This document shows positions 1-9,458 of a stretch of DNA of 64,000 nucleotides, piece by piece. Location of the stretch: positions 5,636-69,635 of the forward strand of contig JAAXHG010000117.1 of assembly GCA_012270995.1 (NCBI GenBank), given 5' to 3'. The stretch comes from Vicinamibacteraceae bacterium (GTDB taxonomy: Bacteria; Acidobacteriota; Thermoanaerobaculia; Multivoradales; Multivoraceae). The position numbers and the translations under genes were made by a program. Positions within the stretch are counted from its first letter, which is position 1. The number at the start of each line of letters is the position of its first letter. The notes under the pieces are model-generated. The model was not told the origin of the DNA. It saw nothing but the letters and a program-made list of their open reading frames with translations, and did not search any database.

Positions 1-452
1 TTGCGCAGGCAGACGACGGCGATGATCGCGGGAATGACGCCGATCCGCACCTCGCTGAAGCTGAACATCGCCTCTTCCGCGGTGATCACCAGGTCCGAAG
101 CCGCGACCATGCCCAGACCGCCGGCGAAGGCGTGGCCGTTCACCGCGGCGATCACCGGCTTCTCACCCTCCCAGATCGCCGTCAGCACGTCCGGATAGGG
201 CACGACGCGCTCCGGCTCGCTCTCGCCCGGCCGGCGTTTGAGATCGGCGCCCGAACAGAAGCCCGGGCCTTTGCCGGTGATGACGATCGAGCGCACGTTG
301 TCGTCGGCCTGCGCCGCGGCCAGGTGGTCATGGACCTCCGTGACCAGCGTCGGCGACAGCGCGTTCCGTCGTTCCGGGCGGTTCAGCGTGATCCAGGCGG
401 CGCCGCTCCTGACCTCGTAGAGCGTGCACTCCGTACCAGGCTGGTTCGACAT
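1..452 (-). CDS. enoyl-CoA hydratase/isomerase (crotonase) family protein; C-terminal part lies outside the window
   Basis: Not in the ORF track because it runs off the edge. Manual translation from ATG (452..450) gives MSNQPGTECTLYEVRSGAAWITLNRPERRNALSPTL...ITGKGPGFCSGADLK...AAVNGHAFAGGLGMVAASDLVI. GGGAGGAGG RBS lies just upstream. Sits in an acyl-CoA carboxylase cluster. Confidence 0.85.
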   Translation of the reverse strand, partial: MSNQPGTECTLYEVRSGAAWITLNRPERRNALSPTLVTEVHDHLAAAQADDNVRSIVITGKGPGFCSGADLKRRPGESEPERVVPYPDVLTAIWEGEKPVIAAVNGHAFAGGLGMVAASDLVITAEEAMFSFSEVRIGVIPAIIAVVCLR

Positions 453-494
453 GCGGATCCTCCTCCCAGCGTTCTCGCGTCAACGCCCCGCGCC

Positions 495-2498
495 TTAGGC
501 GGCGTCCTCGTCGATCACGACGAGCAGCTCGCCGTTCGCGACCTGCTCGCCCTCGGCGACGCGGAACTCGGAGACCGTGCCCGGCGCCGGCGCCGTCACG
601 CGGTGCTCCATCTTCATCGCTTCCAGAACCAGGAGGAGTTGACCCGACTCGACCCGATCCCCGGCCGCGGCGTGGGTCGTGATCACCTTTCCGGGCATCG
701 GGGCGGTCAGACCGCCGGCGACGGCCTCCAGGCCGGCAACCGGGAAGCGGGGCAGTTCGCGCAGTTCGACGTCGCCCTCCGGACCATGCACGAGCCAGCG
801 GTCGCCACGGGAAGTGACGGTCGATCGCAACCTGCGTCCGTCGATGACGATCTCGACACCGTCCCCGGTGCGCCGCCGGAGCTCGACCGAGTGTCGGCTC
901 GGCTCGCCGTCTCCCGACGTGGCGCGGGTATCGAACCGGCCGTCGCGCTGGATCCGGTACTCGATTCGCAGCGCATCGCCGGCGCCGGTCTCGAACTCGG
1001 ACCGCTCGTAGGGCATGACCGTGTTGCGCCAGCCGCTCACGATCGTCGGATGGATGCGTGCCGCCTGCCTGCGATCGTGCTGAGCGGCCATCGCCGCGCA
1101 GATCCCGGCTGCGGCCAGCTCGTCGGCCGACGGCCGGCGCGCGGGTTCCGGCGCCACCCGCTCGATGAAGTCGGTCGTCGTGTCGCCGGCCAGGAACTCG
1201 GGCGACCGCAGGGTCGCGACGAGGAAGTCGCGGTTCGTCCGGATGCCCTGCACCCGCGTCGTCTCGAGCACCCGGGCGAGCCGGAGCGCCGCCTCGCGCC
1301 GGTTCGGCGCGCCGACGATGACCTTGGCCAGCATGGGATCGAACTCGATGCCGACGTCGCTACCGCTCTCGACACCTGAGTCGAAGCGAGCGTTTGTACC
1401 CGACGCCGGTTGCCAGCGCTCGATCCGTCCGGTCTGGGGCAGGAAATCGTTGGCCGGGTCCTCGGCGTAGAGTCGCGCCTCGATCGCGTGGCCGTCGATC
1501 GCCAGGTCGTCCTGGCCGAAGCCGAGAGGTTCCCCCTGAGCGATCCGCAACTGCTCGCGGACCAGATCGAGTCCGGTGATTTCCTCGGTGACCGGATGCT
1601 CGACCTGCAGGCGGGTGTTCACCTCCAGGAACCGGAAGTCCGTCGGAACGGCGCCGTCCGCCGGCTGCTCGACCAGGAACTCCACCGTGCCCGCCGAGCT
1701 GTAGCCGATCGCCCGGCCGGCCGCCACCGAGGCGGCGCCCATGCGCGCCCGCAGGTCCTCGCTCACGACCGGGGACGGCGCCTCCTCGATGATCTTCTGG
1801 TGGCGGCGCTGGATCGAGCACTCCCGCTCGAAGCAGTGGACGAGGTTGCCGTGCAGGTCGCCCAGAATCTGGATCTCGACGTGCCGCGACGAGGCCAGCC
1901 AACGCTCGAGGAACACCGTGCCGTCGCCGAACGCGGACTCCGCCTCGCGGCGCGCGCCAAGGGCGGCGTCGGCCAGTTCGCGCTCAGACTCGACCACCCG
2001 CATGCCGCGGCCGCCGCCGCCCGCCGCCGCCTTGACCAGGACCGGGAAGCCCACTTGCGCCGCCGCCGCGGCCAGATCGCTGTCGTCGCCGAGTTCGACG
2101 GCCTGAAGCGTGGGCACGCCAGCCTCTCGCATCAGCTCCTTGGCCGAGAGCTTGTCGCCCATCGCCGCGATCGCCTTGGGCGAAGGGCCGACCCAGACCA
2201 GTCCGGCCTCGGTCACGGCGCGGGCGAAGTCCGCGTTCTCGGAAAGGAAACCGTAGCCGGGGTGAACCGCGTCGGCGCCGGTGCGCTCGGCCGCGGCGAG
2301 CACCTTGCCGATGTCCAGGTAGGTCTCCGCCGACGACCGCCCGTCGAGTGCGATCGCTTCATCGGCCTCGGCCACGAAGGGCGCGTCGGCGTCGCCGTCG
2401 GCGTAGACCGCGACCGTCGCGATGCCCATGTCGCGAGCCGAGCGGAAGATCCTCCGCGCGATCTCAGCCCTGTTGGCGACCAGGAGCCGGGTGATCAC
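495..2498 (-). CDS. biotin-dependent acyl-CoA carboxylase alpha subunit (biotin carboxylase + BCCP; methylcrotonyl-/propionyl-CoA carboxylase type)
   Basis: 667-aa ORF with an ATP-grasp biotin carboxylase N-terminus (MITRLLVANRAEIARRI...) and the C-terminal biotinyl-lysine motif EAMKME. Confidence 0.95.
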   Translation of the reverse strand: MITRLLVANRAEIARRIFRSARDMGIATVAVYADGDADAPFVAEADEAIALDGRSSAETYLDIGKVLAAAERTGADAVHPGYGFLSENADFARAVTEAGLVWVGPSPKAIAAMGDKLSAKELMREAGVPTLQAVELGDDSDLAAAAAQVGFPVLVKAAAGGGGRGMRVVESERELADAALGARREAESAFGDGTVFLERWLASSRHVEIQILGDLHGNLVHCFERECSIQRRHQKIIEEAPSPVVSEDLRARMGAASVAAGRAIGYSSAGTVEFLVEQPADGAVPTDFRFLEVNTRLQVEHPVTEEITGLDLVREQLRIAQGEPLGFGQDDLAIDGHAIEARLYAEDPANDFLPQTGRIERWQPASGTNARFDSGVESGSDVGIEFDPMLAKVIVGAPNRREAALRLARVLETTRVQGIRTNRDFLVATLRSPEFLAGDTTTDFIERVAPEPARRPSADELAAAGICAAMAAQHDRRQAARIHPTIVSGWRNTVMPYERSEFETGAGDALRIEYRIQRDGRFDTRATSGDGEPSRHSVELRRRTGDGVEIVIDGRRLRSTVTSRGDRWLVHGPEGDVELRELPRFPVAGLEAVAGGLTAPMPGKVITTHAAAGDRVESGQLLLVLEAMKMEHRVTAPAPGTVSEFRVAEGEQVANGELLVVIDEDAA

Positions 2499-2599
2499 GC
2501 CGCCCTCATCACGCCGCGCTCACGTCCTGAAAGCGAACGGAGCATCGTGCCTCCTCGGCCGCGGCGGGTGGTCGTGGAACCCCGGGGATCACGGCGCGC

Positions 2600-4231
2600 T
2601 CACATCCTGAAGACGGCATAGCCCTTCGCCCCCTCGACGGCCCGGCTGTGGCAGGCCGACAGCGACAGACCGAGCACGGTGCGGGTGTCGCGCGGGTCGA
2701 TCATCCCGTCGTCGGACACCCGGGAGGTCGCATAGAGCCCCAGCGAGCGCTTCTCTGCCCAGTGGATGACGCCGGCGGCCCGTTTCCTGTCCGCTTCCTC
2801 GTCGAAGGGGATCCCGCGCCGCTTCGCGGCCGCCCGGGTGACGATCGTCATCACGCCGGCCATCTGCTCCGGCCCCATGACCGCGATCTTCGCTGTCGGC
2901 CAGATGTACGTGAAGCGGGTGCCGTACGCGCGGCCGCTCATGCCGTAGTTGCCGGCCCCGTACGACGCGCCGACGATCACGGACAGGTGGGGCACGGTCG
3001 AGTTCGAGACCGCGTTGATCATCTTCGAGCCGTTCTTCGTGATCCCGCCCTGCTCGTAGTCGGTGCCGACGATGTAGCCGGTGATGTTGTGCAGGAAGAG
3101 CAGCGGCACGTCGATCTGGTTGCAAAGCTGGATGAACTGGGTCGCCTTCTCCGCCGACTCGGAGAAGAGCGCGCCGTTGTTGCCCAGGATGCCGACCGGA
3201 TAGCCGTGGATCGAGGACCAGCCGCAGACGATCGTCGGCCCGTAGAGCGGCTTGAACTCCTCGAAACGCGATCCGTCGACGATCCGGCCGATGACCTCCC
3301 GGATGTCGAGCGGCGAGCGCAGATCACGCGAGACGAGGCCGAGCAGTTCCTCCGGATCGAGCACCGGATCGTCGGCGGGCAGGCTCGGACCGGGGCCTTC
3401 CTTGCGCCAGTTCAGGTGGCCGATCACGTCGCGGCAGAGGCGGATGCCGTCCATCTCGTCCTGAGCGAGGTAGTCGCCGAGGCCCGAGACGCGGCAGTGC
3501 ATGTCGGCGCCGCCGACGCTCTCCGGTTCGGCGTCTTCGCCGGTCGCCATCTTGACCAGGGGCGGGCCGCCGAGCGAGACCATCGCCTGGTTCTTGACGA
3601 AGATGTTGTAGTCGCTCATGCCCGGCTGGTAGGCGCCGCCCGCGGTCGAAGCGCCGAAGACGATCGACACGGTCGGAATGCGCATCTTGGACAGTTCGGA
3701 GATCTCGTAGAACAGGCGGCCGGACTCGGCGAAGTGCCCGAGCGTCCGCTTGGTCTGCGCGTCCGGATCGTCCCCCGTGTTGCCGCGCAGATCGGCGCCC
3801 GCGGACTCCACGAACTGGACGTAGGGCAACCGGTTGATCCGCGCGATCTCCAGGCCGCGCATCAGCTTCTTCGAGTTGAACTCGTTGAACGCGCCGGCCC
3901 GTACCGATGGGTCGTGGCCGAGGATCACGCACTCCGTGCCCGAGATCACACCGACGCCCAGCACGAACCCGGATCCGACCGTGTAGTACGAGTTCCAGGC
4001 CGCGAGCGGCGAGATCTCGAGGAACGGACTGTCCCGGTCGAGGGCGTTCGCCACGCGTTCGCGCACCGGCAGCCTGCCCCGGTTCCTCAGCCGGTTCATC
4101 GCCTCCGGGCCGCCGCCGCCGGCCACCTGCTCGAGCAGGTCGTTCACCTGGTCCAGCTGTTCCAGGATGTCGGCGCGGTTCTTCTTGAACTGCTCCGACC
4201 GGACGTCGACGTTGGATCTGAGAGCCTGCAT
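2600..4231 (-). CDS. acyl-CoA carboxylase carboxyltransferase (beta) subunit, methylcrotonyl-CoA carboxylase-like
   Basis: 543-aa ORF with carboxyltransferase-domain features (..FGASTAGGAYQPGMSDYNIFV.., ..VGASYGAGNYGMSGRAY..). Adjacent to the alpha subunit. Confidence 0.93.
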   Translation of the reverse strand: MQALRSNVDVRSEQFKKNRADILEQLDQVNDLLEQVAGGGGPEAMNRLRNRGRLPVRERVANALDRDSPFLEISPLAAWNSYYTVGSGFVLGVGVISGTECVILGHDPSVRAGAFNEFNSKKLMRGLEIARINRLPYVQFVESAGADLRGNTGDDPDAQTKRTLGHFAESGRLFYEISELSKMRIPTVSIVFGASTAGGAYQPGMSDYNIFVKNQAMVSLGGPPLVKMATGEDAEPESVGGADMHCRVSGLGDYLAQDEMDGIRLCRDVIGHLNWRKEGPGPSLPADDPVLDPEELLGLVSRDLRSPLDIREVIGRIVDGSRFEEFKPLYGPTIVCGWSSIHGYPVGILGNNGALFSESAEKATQFIQLCNQIDVPLLFLHNITGYIVGTDYEQGGITKNGSKMINAVSNSTVPHLSVIVGASYGAGNYGMSGRAYGTRFTYIWPTAKIAVMGPEQMAGVMTIVTRAAAKRRGIPFDEEADRKRAAGVIHWAEKRSLGLYATSRVSDDGMIDPRDTRTVLGLSLSACHSRAVEGAKGYAVFRM

Positions 4232-4346
4232 GGGAAAACGCCGCTAGCAGCCAGGCAGCGACGGGAAGTCTCTGTTGCGAGCGGCGATCATGTCAGATCG
4301 GATCCGCCTGGTGGAAGTGCCGCGTAGCTGCCGCGCCAACGCCGAC

Positions 4347-5948
4347 TCAGGCCGCGCTGTGGGCCCCCTTCCGCCACTCCTCCACCAGCACGAACTTCTG
4401 GATCTTGCCGGACGGCGTCAGCGGGAACTCGTCGACCCGGTACCAGGCCTTCGGCGTCTTCTGCGGAGACAGGTTCTCGCGGCACCAGGTGTGGAGTTCA
4501 CCGTCGCTCGCCGGATTCGACGGGTCCGCGTCACGGACGAAGGCGCCGACGATCTCGCCCCAGCGCTCGTCCGGCAGGCCGACGACCGCGACGTCCGCGA
4601 CCCGTGGGTGCTCGAACAGCAACTCCTCGATCTCGCGCGGGTAGATGTTCTCGCCGCCGCGGATGATCATGTCCTTCAGCCGGCCGGTGATCGTCGTGTA
4701 ACCGCGGTCGTCCATCGTCACCAGGTCGCCGGTGTGGAGCCAGCCGTCCTCGTCGATCGTCTCGGCGGTCTTGTCGGGCATCTCGAAGTACCCCAGCATG
4801 ACCAGGTAGCCGCGGCAGCAGAGTTCGCCCTGTTCGCCGATCGGCAAGGTAGCGCCGGTCGCGGGGTCGACCACCTTCATCTCGGTTTGCGGCAGCACCG
4901 GACCGAGCGTGTTCGCCTTGTCCTCCTCGCTGTCGTCCGGCTTCATCAGCGTGACGCCGGGCGACGCCTCGGTCTGACCGTAGATGATCGAGAACTGCAC
5001 GCCGAGCGTCTTCTCGATCCGCCGTACCAGGTCGGCCGGCACGGTCGCCCCGCCCGAGCAGACCGCGTGGACGGACGACAGGTCGCGGCTGGCGAAGTCG
5101 GGATGCTCCATCACCGCGATCAGCATCGTCGGCACGCCGAGCAGGTGGGTGGCGCGCAGCTCCTCGACCAGCGCCAGCATGAGCCCGGGTTCGAACATGA
5201 CCAGGTTGACCAGGGTCGCCTGCCGCTGGCAGGGACCGAGAACGCCCAGCACGCAGCCGCCCGTGTGGAACAGGGGCATCGGGTTCACGTAGGCGTCGCC
5301 GGCCGTGACGCCCAGACGCTCGACGACGAAACGGGCGTTGTTCGTGATCCCGCGGTGGTGGAGGTATGCGCCCTTGGGGAAACCCGTGGTTCCAGACGTG
5401 TACTGGATCTGGACCGGGTCGTCCGGGCTCACTTCGGGAAGCTCGACGTTGTCCGGCGCCGAGGCCACGAACTCCTCGAACTCGTCGAACGGGATGATCT
5501 CCCTGAGTTCCGGCAGGCCATCCGCCACCTGCTTCAGCGATTCCTCCATCGGATTGCCGCGGAACGAGCGCAGGTAGAAGATGCCGGACGAGCGGGACTG
5601 GCGCAGCACGTATTCGAGTTCCTTCGGCTGGTAGGCCGGGTTGACCGTCACCAGGACCACGCCGGCCAGGCCCGCGCCGTACTCGAGCAGCACCCACTCC
5701 GGGATGTTCGGCGCCCACACGGCAACCCGGTCGCCCTTCTCGAAGCGAGCGGCCAGCGCCCGCGCCACGCGCTCCGCGTCCGCCAGGAGTTCCGCGTAGG
5801 TCCAGGAACGCCGCTCTCCAGGCACGCCTTCGATCAGCGCTACCGTGTCAGGGCCCCTGGCCGCGGCGTCACGGAGAATGCCGCCGACCGTCGTCTCGAG
5901 GACGGGTGAACTCGTGTCGGCGGGAACGTAGCTGTCGGTCAGCGCCAT
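4347..5948 (-). CDS. AMP-dependent acyl-CoA synthetase/ligase
   Basis: Motifs YTSGTTGFPKGA, GELCCRGY, HTGDL and PSGKIQK. Start placed at the internal ATG 5948 (MALTDSYVP) preceded by GAGGAG; the track ORF over-extends to 6107. Confidence 0.9.
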   Translation of the reverse strand: MALTDSYVPADTSSPVLETTVGGILRDAAARGPDTVALIEGVPGERRSWTYAELLADAERVARALAARFEKGDRVAVWAPNIPEWVLLEYGAGLAGVVLVTVNPAYQPKELEYVLRQSRSSGIFYLRSFRGNPMEESLKQVADGLPELREIIPFDEFEEFVASAPDNVELPEVSPDDPVQIQYTSGTTGFPKGAYLHHRGITNNARFVVERLGVTAGDAYVNPMPLFHTGGCVLGVLGPCQRQATLVNLVMFEPGLMLALVEELRATHLLGVPTMLIAVMEHPDFASRDLSSVHAVCSGGATVPADLVRRIEKTLGVQFSIIYGQTEASPGVTLMKPDDSEEDKANTLGPVLPQTEMKVVDPATGATLPIGEQGELCCRGYLVMLGYFEMPDKTAETIDEDGWLHTGDLVTMDDRGYTTITGRLKDMIIRGGENIYPREIEELLFEHPRVADVAVVGLPDERWGEIVGAFVRDADPSNPASDGELHTWCRENLSPQKTPKAWYRVDEFPLTPSGKIQKFVLVEEWRKGAHSAA

Positions 5949-6137
5949 CGCTTGTCTCCTCTGGCTGCTGCGCGGCAGAAACCGGGTGCGCCGGCGTCCC
6001 CACCGACATCCGGCGCGAAGCGCCCTCCGGACCTTCTGCCGCGCCAAGCTTGCTGAACCCGGAATCGTAGCCGGTCGCGGGCGTGTCGGCGGGCCTCCGG
6101 ATTGCACCTGGTCTGACTAGTCAGATAGAGTCGGCCC

Positions 6138-6413
6138 ATGCCGATCACCTACTCGACCTACGAAGCGAAGGCGCGCTTCTCGGAAGTCCTCCGGCAGGTG
6201 CGCGAGGGCAAGACGGTGACGATCTCGTATCGGGGAGAGCCGACCGCCGAAATCCGGCCGATCGAGCGCCGGAAGCAGTCGATTGAAGAGTGCCTGGAGC
6301 AGATGGAGCGCGAGGGGACGCTGACGCGAGGGAGGAACCCCAAACAGCCCATCCGGATGGTCGCGCGGGTACCCGGAGCTCTGGAACGCTTCCTGGCAGA
6401 CCGCAACCGGTGA
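6138..6413 (+). CDS. Phd/YefM-family antitoxin
   Basis: 91 aa, MPITYSTYEAKARFSEVLRQVREGKTVTISYRGEPTAEIRPIE. Its stop overlaps the next gene's start (GTGA). Confidence 0.8.
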   Translation: MPITYSTYEAKARFSEVLRQVREGKTVTISYRGEPTAEIRPIERRKQSIEECLEQMEREGTLTRGRNPKQPIRMVARVPGALERFLADRNR

Positions 6414-6790
6414 CCCTCGCCTACGTCGATTCGTCGGCGATCATCCGAGCGGTCTTCGGGGAAGACGACGCACCCGAAACGGAACGTCGCCTTTCCGGTT
6501 TCGAGAGCTTGGTCTCGGCGAATCTGCTGGAGGCAGAGGTACGGAGCGCCTTCGCCCGAGAGCGGATTCCCTTTCCTCGGGACACGCTGAATCAAGTGGA
6601 GTGGATCCACCCTCACCGTCCGTTGACGCAAGAAATCGAGACGGTTCTCGATGCCGGGTACCTGCGAGGCGCGGATCTCTGGCACCTGGCAACGGCTCTT
6701 TTCATTCCCCGAGAGCCCGAAGAGGTCACGTTCCTCACGCTGGACAGACGACAGCGGAACGTCGCCGAGGCGCTCGGCTTTCGCGTCTGA
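6410..6790 (+). CDS. vapC: PIN-domain toxin (VapC-like)
   Basis: GTG at 6410, in frame with track ORF 6290..6790. VTLAYVDSSAII...LLEAEV...GADLWHLA...LDRRQ shows acidic PIN residues at the expected spacing. Confidence 0.8.
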   Translation: MTLAYVDSSAIIRAVFGEDDAPETERRLSGFESLVSANLLEAEVRSAFARERIPFPRDTLNQVEWIHPHRPLTQEIETVLDAGYLRGADLWHLATALFIPREPEEVTFLTLDRRQRNVAEALGFRV

Positions 6791-6824
6791 GGAGGCCTCG
6801 AGGGGCCTGCTACCCTCCGCGCCC

Positions 6825-7814
6825 ATGACCGAACCAGTCGCCGAGAAGATCCTCGACTCGCTCTACCGGGTCGTCGTGCCACTGCCGCGGAACCCGCTCA
6901 AGGAAGTGAACAGCTACATCCTCACCGAGGACGACCGCTTCCTCGTCATCGACACGGGAATGAACCGGCCTGAGTGCCGCGAGGTCCTGACCGCGGGGCT
7001 CGACGAGATCGGCGTCGACCTCGAGAAGACCGACTTCCTGGCGACCCACCTTCACGCCGACCACCACGGCCTGATTCCGGAACTGCTGCGGCCTGGGCGG
7101 ACCGCGTCGATGGGCGCCATCGACGCCGCGGTGATGGGCCGGACCCACGGCGGCTGGTCCGAGAACAGTCCGATGGGCGTCTACCTCAGGCGCAGCGGTT
7201 TCCCGCCCGACGAACTGGCCGAGTCGTTCCGGCGCCACCCGGGCGCGCGTTTCAGCGGCCAGATGATCGAGTACGCACCGCTGTATGAAGGCGATGCGAT
7301 CGAGATCGCCGGCTACCGCCTGGAGGTCATCGACACGCCGGGCCACACGTTCGGCCACATCTCGCTCTACGACCGGGCCAGGCGCCTCTTCATCGCCGGC
7401 GACCACATCCTGGGCGACATCACCCCGAACATCCAGGCCTGGGCCGACGACCATGATCCGTTGGGCCTCTACCTCGAGAGTGTCGCCAAGGTCGAAGCGC
7501 TGGACGTCGAGCTCTGCCTGCCTGGCCACCGCAGCCTGATCCACGACTTCAAGGGTCGCTGCGCGGAACTACGCCGTCACCATGAGGTCCGCGGCCAGGA
7601 GATCCTCGACATCCTGCGCGCGAACGGCAGCCGCAACGCCTACCAGACCGCCAGCGAAATGACCTGGGACATCCGCGCCAAGTCCTGGGACGACTTCCCG
7701 ATCATGCAACGCTGGTTCGCCACCGGCGAAGCGATCGCGCACCTGCGCTGGCTGGAGGACCTGGGAGAACTGCGGCGGGAAGATGCCGGGGAGCGGATTC
7801 TGTACAGCGCCTGA
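6825..7814 (+). CDS. MBL-fold metallo-hydrolase
   Basis: HLHADHHG (HxHxDH) motif. Start at ATG 6825 (MTEPVAEKILDSLYRVVVPLP) inside track ORF 6651..7814. Confidence 0.85.
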   Translation: MTEPVAEKILDSLYRVVVPLPRNPLKEVNSYILTEDDRFLVIDTGMNRPECREVLTAGLDEIGVDLEKTDFLATHLHADHHGLIPELLRPGRTASMGAIDAAVMGRTHGGWSENSPMGVYLRRSGFPPDELAESFRRHPGARFSGQMIEYAPLYEGDAIEIAGYRLEVIDTPGHTFGHISLYDRARRLFIAGDHILGDITPNIQAWADDHDPLGLYLESVAKVEALDVELCLPGHRSLIHDFKGRCAELRRHHEVRGQEILDILRANGSRNAYQTASEMTWDIRAKSWDDFPIMQRWFATGEAIAHLRWLEDLGELRREDAGERILYSA

Positions 7815-7905
7815 TAGCCAGCCACCACGACTGGACGGGAGTTCGCGAGGGCCGAATCGAGCTACCTGGAGGGGAGACCACGCCACACTCGCCTGCGTGG
7901 CGGAG

Positions 7906-8481
7906 TCAATCGCCCATCGCGGCAAGAGCCTCGTTCACGTAACGAAGGTCGAACTCCTCTGGGTCGAATCCAACTCCCATCCACTCCTTGATCTCCTCGT
8001 GTTCCGGGTGGTCTGGATCCCGCAGGATCTCCAGGTTGTCGTAGTAGCCCCAGACCCCTCCGGAGTCTTCCGGAGGACAACTTCGTTTGCCGCCGGTGCA
8101 TGCCGGTAGACGGACGGCGGAGTCGTAGGGGAGGATCTTCTGCAGCGTGACCCGGTGCTCCCAACCGTCGCCGAAGTCGTACTCGTAGGTGAGCCAGTCC
8201 TTCTCGCGTTTGAGGAGCTGGCTGACTCGAAACTCTCTCTCATCGAGGGTCGCCGGCATTCCGGGAAGCGTCCAATCGTCACCCCAAGGGTTCGGTACGG
8301 CATAGGTCTGCCGGCCCTTGACGAACATGTGGAGGTGTCCGTCGAGCCACCCCATGGCCACCTGGATGACGTCGTGCAGGCGGTCAAGCGGGAGCGAATG
8401 CGGCACGAGGACTCGCCGCCAGATAGGAGGCTTCGTTCCCTTCAGATCGATCCTGAGCTGGTAGGTGACGCGCTGCGGCAT
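7906..8481 (-). CDS. pRiA4b ORF-3-family protein (function unknown)
   Basis: MPQRVTYQLRIDLKGTKPPIWRRVLVPHSLPLDRLHDVIQVAMGWLDGHLHMF... is a family signature as I recall it. Start at ATG 8481, 17 nt after the REase stop. Confidence 0.8.
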   Translation of the reverse strand: MPQRVTYQLRIDLKGTKPPIWRRVLVPHSLPLDRLHDVIQVAMGWLDGHLHMFVKGRQTYAVPNPWGDDWTLPGMPATLDEREFRVSQLLKREKDWLTYEYDFGDGWEHRVTLQKILPYDSAVRLPACTGGKRSCPPEDSGGVWGYYDNLEILRDPDHPEHEEIKEWMGVGFDPEEFDLRYVNEALAAMGD

Positions 8482-8498
8482 GTCGCGACCTGATGATC

Positions 8499-9458
8499 TC
8501 AGCGCCCCAGCCGCGGCGAAAACGCCGCCGCTAACGGTTCGGAGAACGCTGGTGAATCGTCCCGCCACGCCAGCCTCACTGTCCGTTTCGCAAGCTTGGG
8601 AGCGGCGTACACGTAGCGCTGGTCGTACGCGCGGTAGATCGCGTCCATGAACTTCTCCATCCGAAGCGGGCTTACGGCCGACGGCCAGTCCGCGAGCACG
8701 GCTCGATTCTCCGGGTCAACCATGGCCAAGGCCAGCGCCTCGTACCGCGAGATGTCGTTCCGCACGCCGTCGCGGCCGGTGAGACCGAGCAGAACATCGT
8801 GGTAGCGAACGATTGATTCGGCCACTCCGCCGTCACCCCGGATGGCGATGTCGTTGGCGGCGACGTTGCCCGCACCGTCGGCTTTGAGGAAGTGCGCCGC
8901 ATCGGGCGCCAAGGGGCCTTCCCGGTTGGCGCGAACGACGTGCAGAAAACCGTAGACGAGATTGGGATACGAGATGTGCAGGTTCGTGCAGTCGCCGACC
9001 GCTTCTTCCATACGGTTGGTCAGATTCCGGAAGGCATTCAGCGTGCCCTTGATCGACACCGCCACACAGGGGCCGATGCCTGGCTTGCTGACGACGACGT
9101 CCACGTCCTTCGTCTTCAAGCCTCCCAGCACGGTCAACTCCCCTCCCGCCGCGCTGTCCGGGTCGTACACCAGGACATGCTCGCCACGGGAGCGACGCAC
9201 CGAGAAAGGCGGTCGCGGAACGATGTCATCAGGATGAAAGCCACCTTCTACGGCGAGTCGGCAAGCCACGTGCCAGTGCAGCGGCCTGATATGCGTCTGG
9301 CTCTGGGATTTGCCGGGCACGGAGACAAACGCGTCGAGAGCCTCGGACAGGCCGATCCAGCGGCAACGGTTGGCCTGTCTAGCCACGGTGCCGCCAGCGG
9401 CGGAGGATCTCGACTCCCTCCTGAAGGTCGCGTTCGTCGTCGACTTCCAGGTCACCAT
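8499..9458 (-). CDS. putative type II restriction endonuclease (PD-(D/E)xK-like; possibly XhoI/PaeR7I-like)
   Basis: Immediately downstream of the MTase and overlapping it. Contains KDVDVVVSKPGIGPCVAVSIKGT...NRMEEAVGD. Start uncertain: 9458, or GTG 9386 giving an 8-nt overlap with the MTase. The family name is a recollection, not a search result. Confidence 0.6.
   Translation of the reverse strand: MVTWKSTTNATFRRESRSSAAGGTVARQANRCRWIGLSEALDAFVSVPGKSQSQTHIRPLHWHVACRLAVEGGFHPDDIVPRPPFSVRRSRGEHVLVYDPDSAAGGELTVLGGLKTKDVDVVVSKPGIGPCVAVSIKGTLNAFRNLTNRMEEAVGDCTNLHISYPNLVYGFLHVVRANREGPLAPDAAHFLKADGAGNVAANDIAIRGDGGVAESIVRYHDVLLGLTGRDGVRNDISRYEALALAMVDPENRAVLADWPSAVSPLRMEKFMDAIYRAYDQRYVYAAPKLAKRTVRLAWRDDSPAFSEPLAAAFSPRLGR

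Noticed and set aside
132-4327. Plus-strand ORFs 132..1379, 1410..2621 and 2648..4327 overlapping the carboxylase genes.
   Set aside because: Antisense to well-supported biotin carboxylase and carboxyltransferase frames, with no motifs.
7815-7905. Hairpin CCACGC-N11-GCGTGG between the convergent MBL-fold and pRiA4b-family genes, considered as a bidirectional terminator.
   Set aside because: The stem is only 6 bp with a large loop and no U-tract, which is too weak to call.
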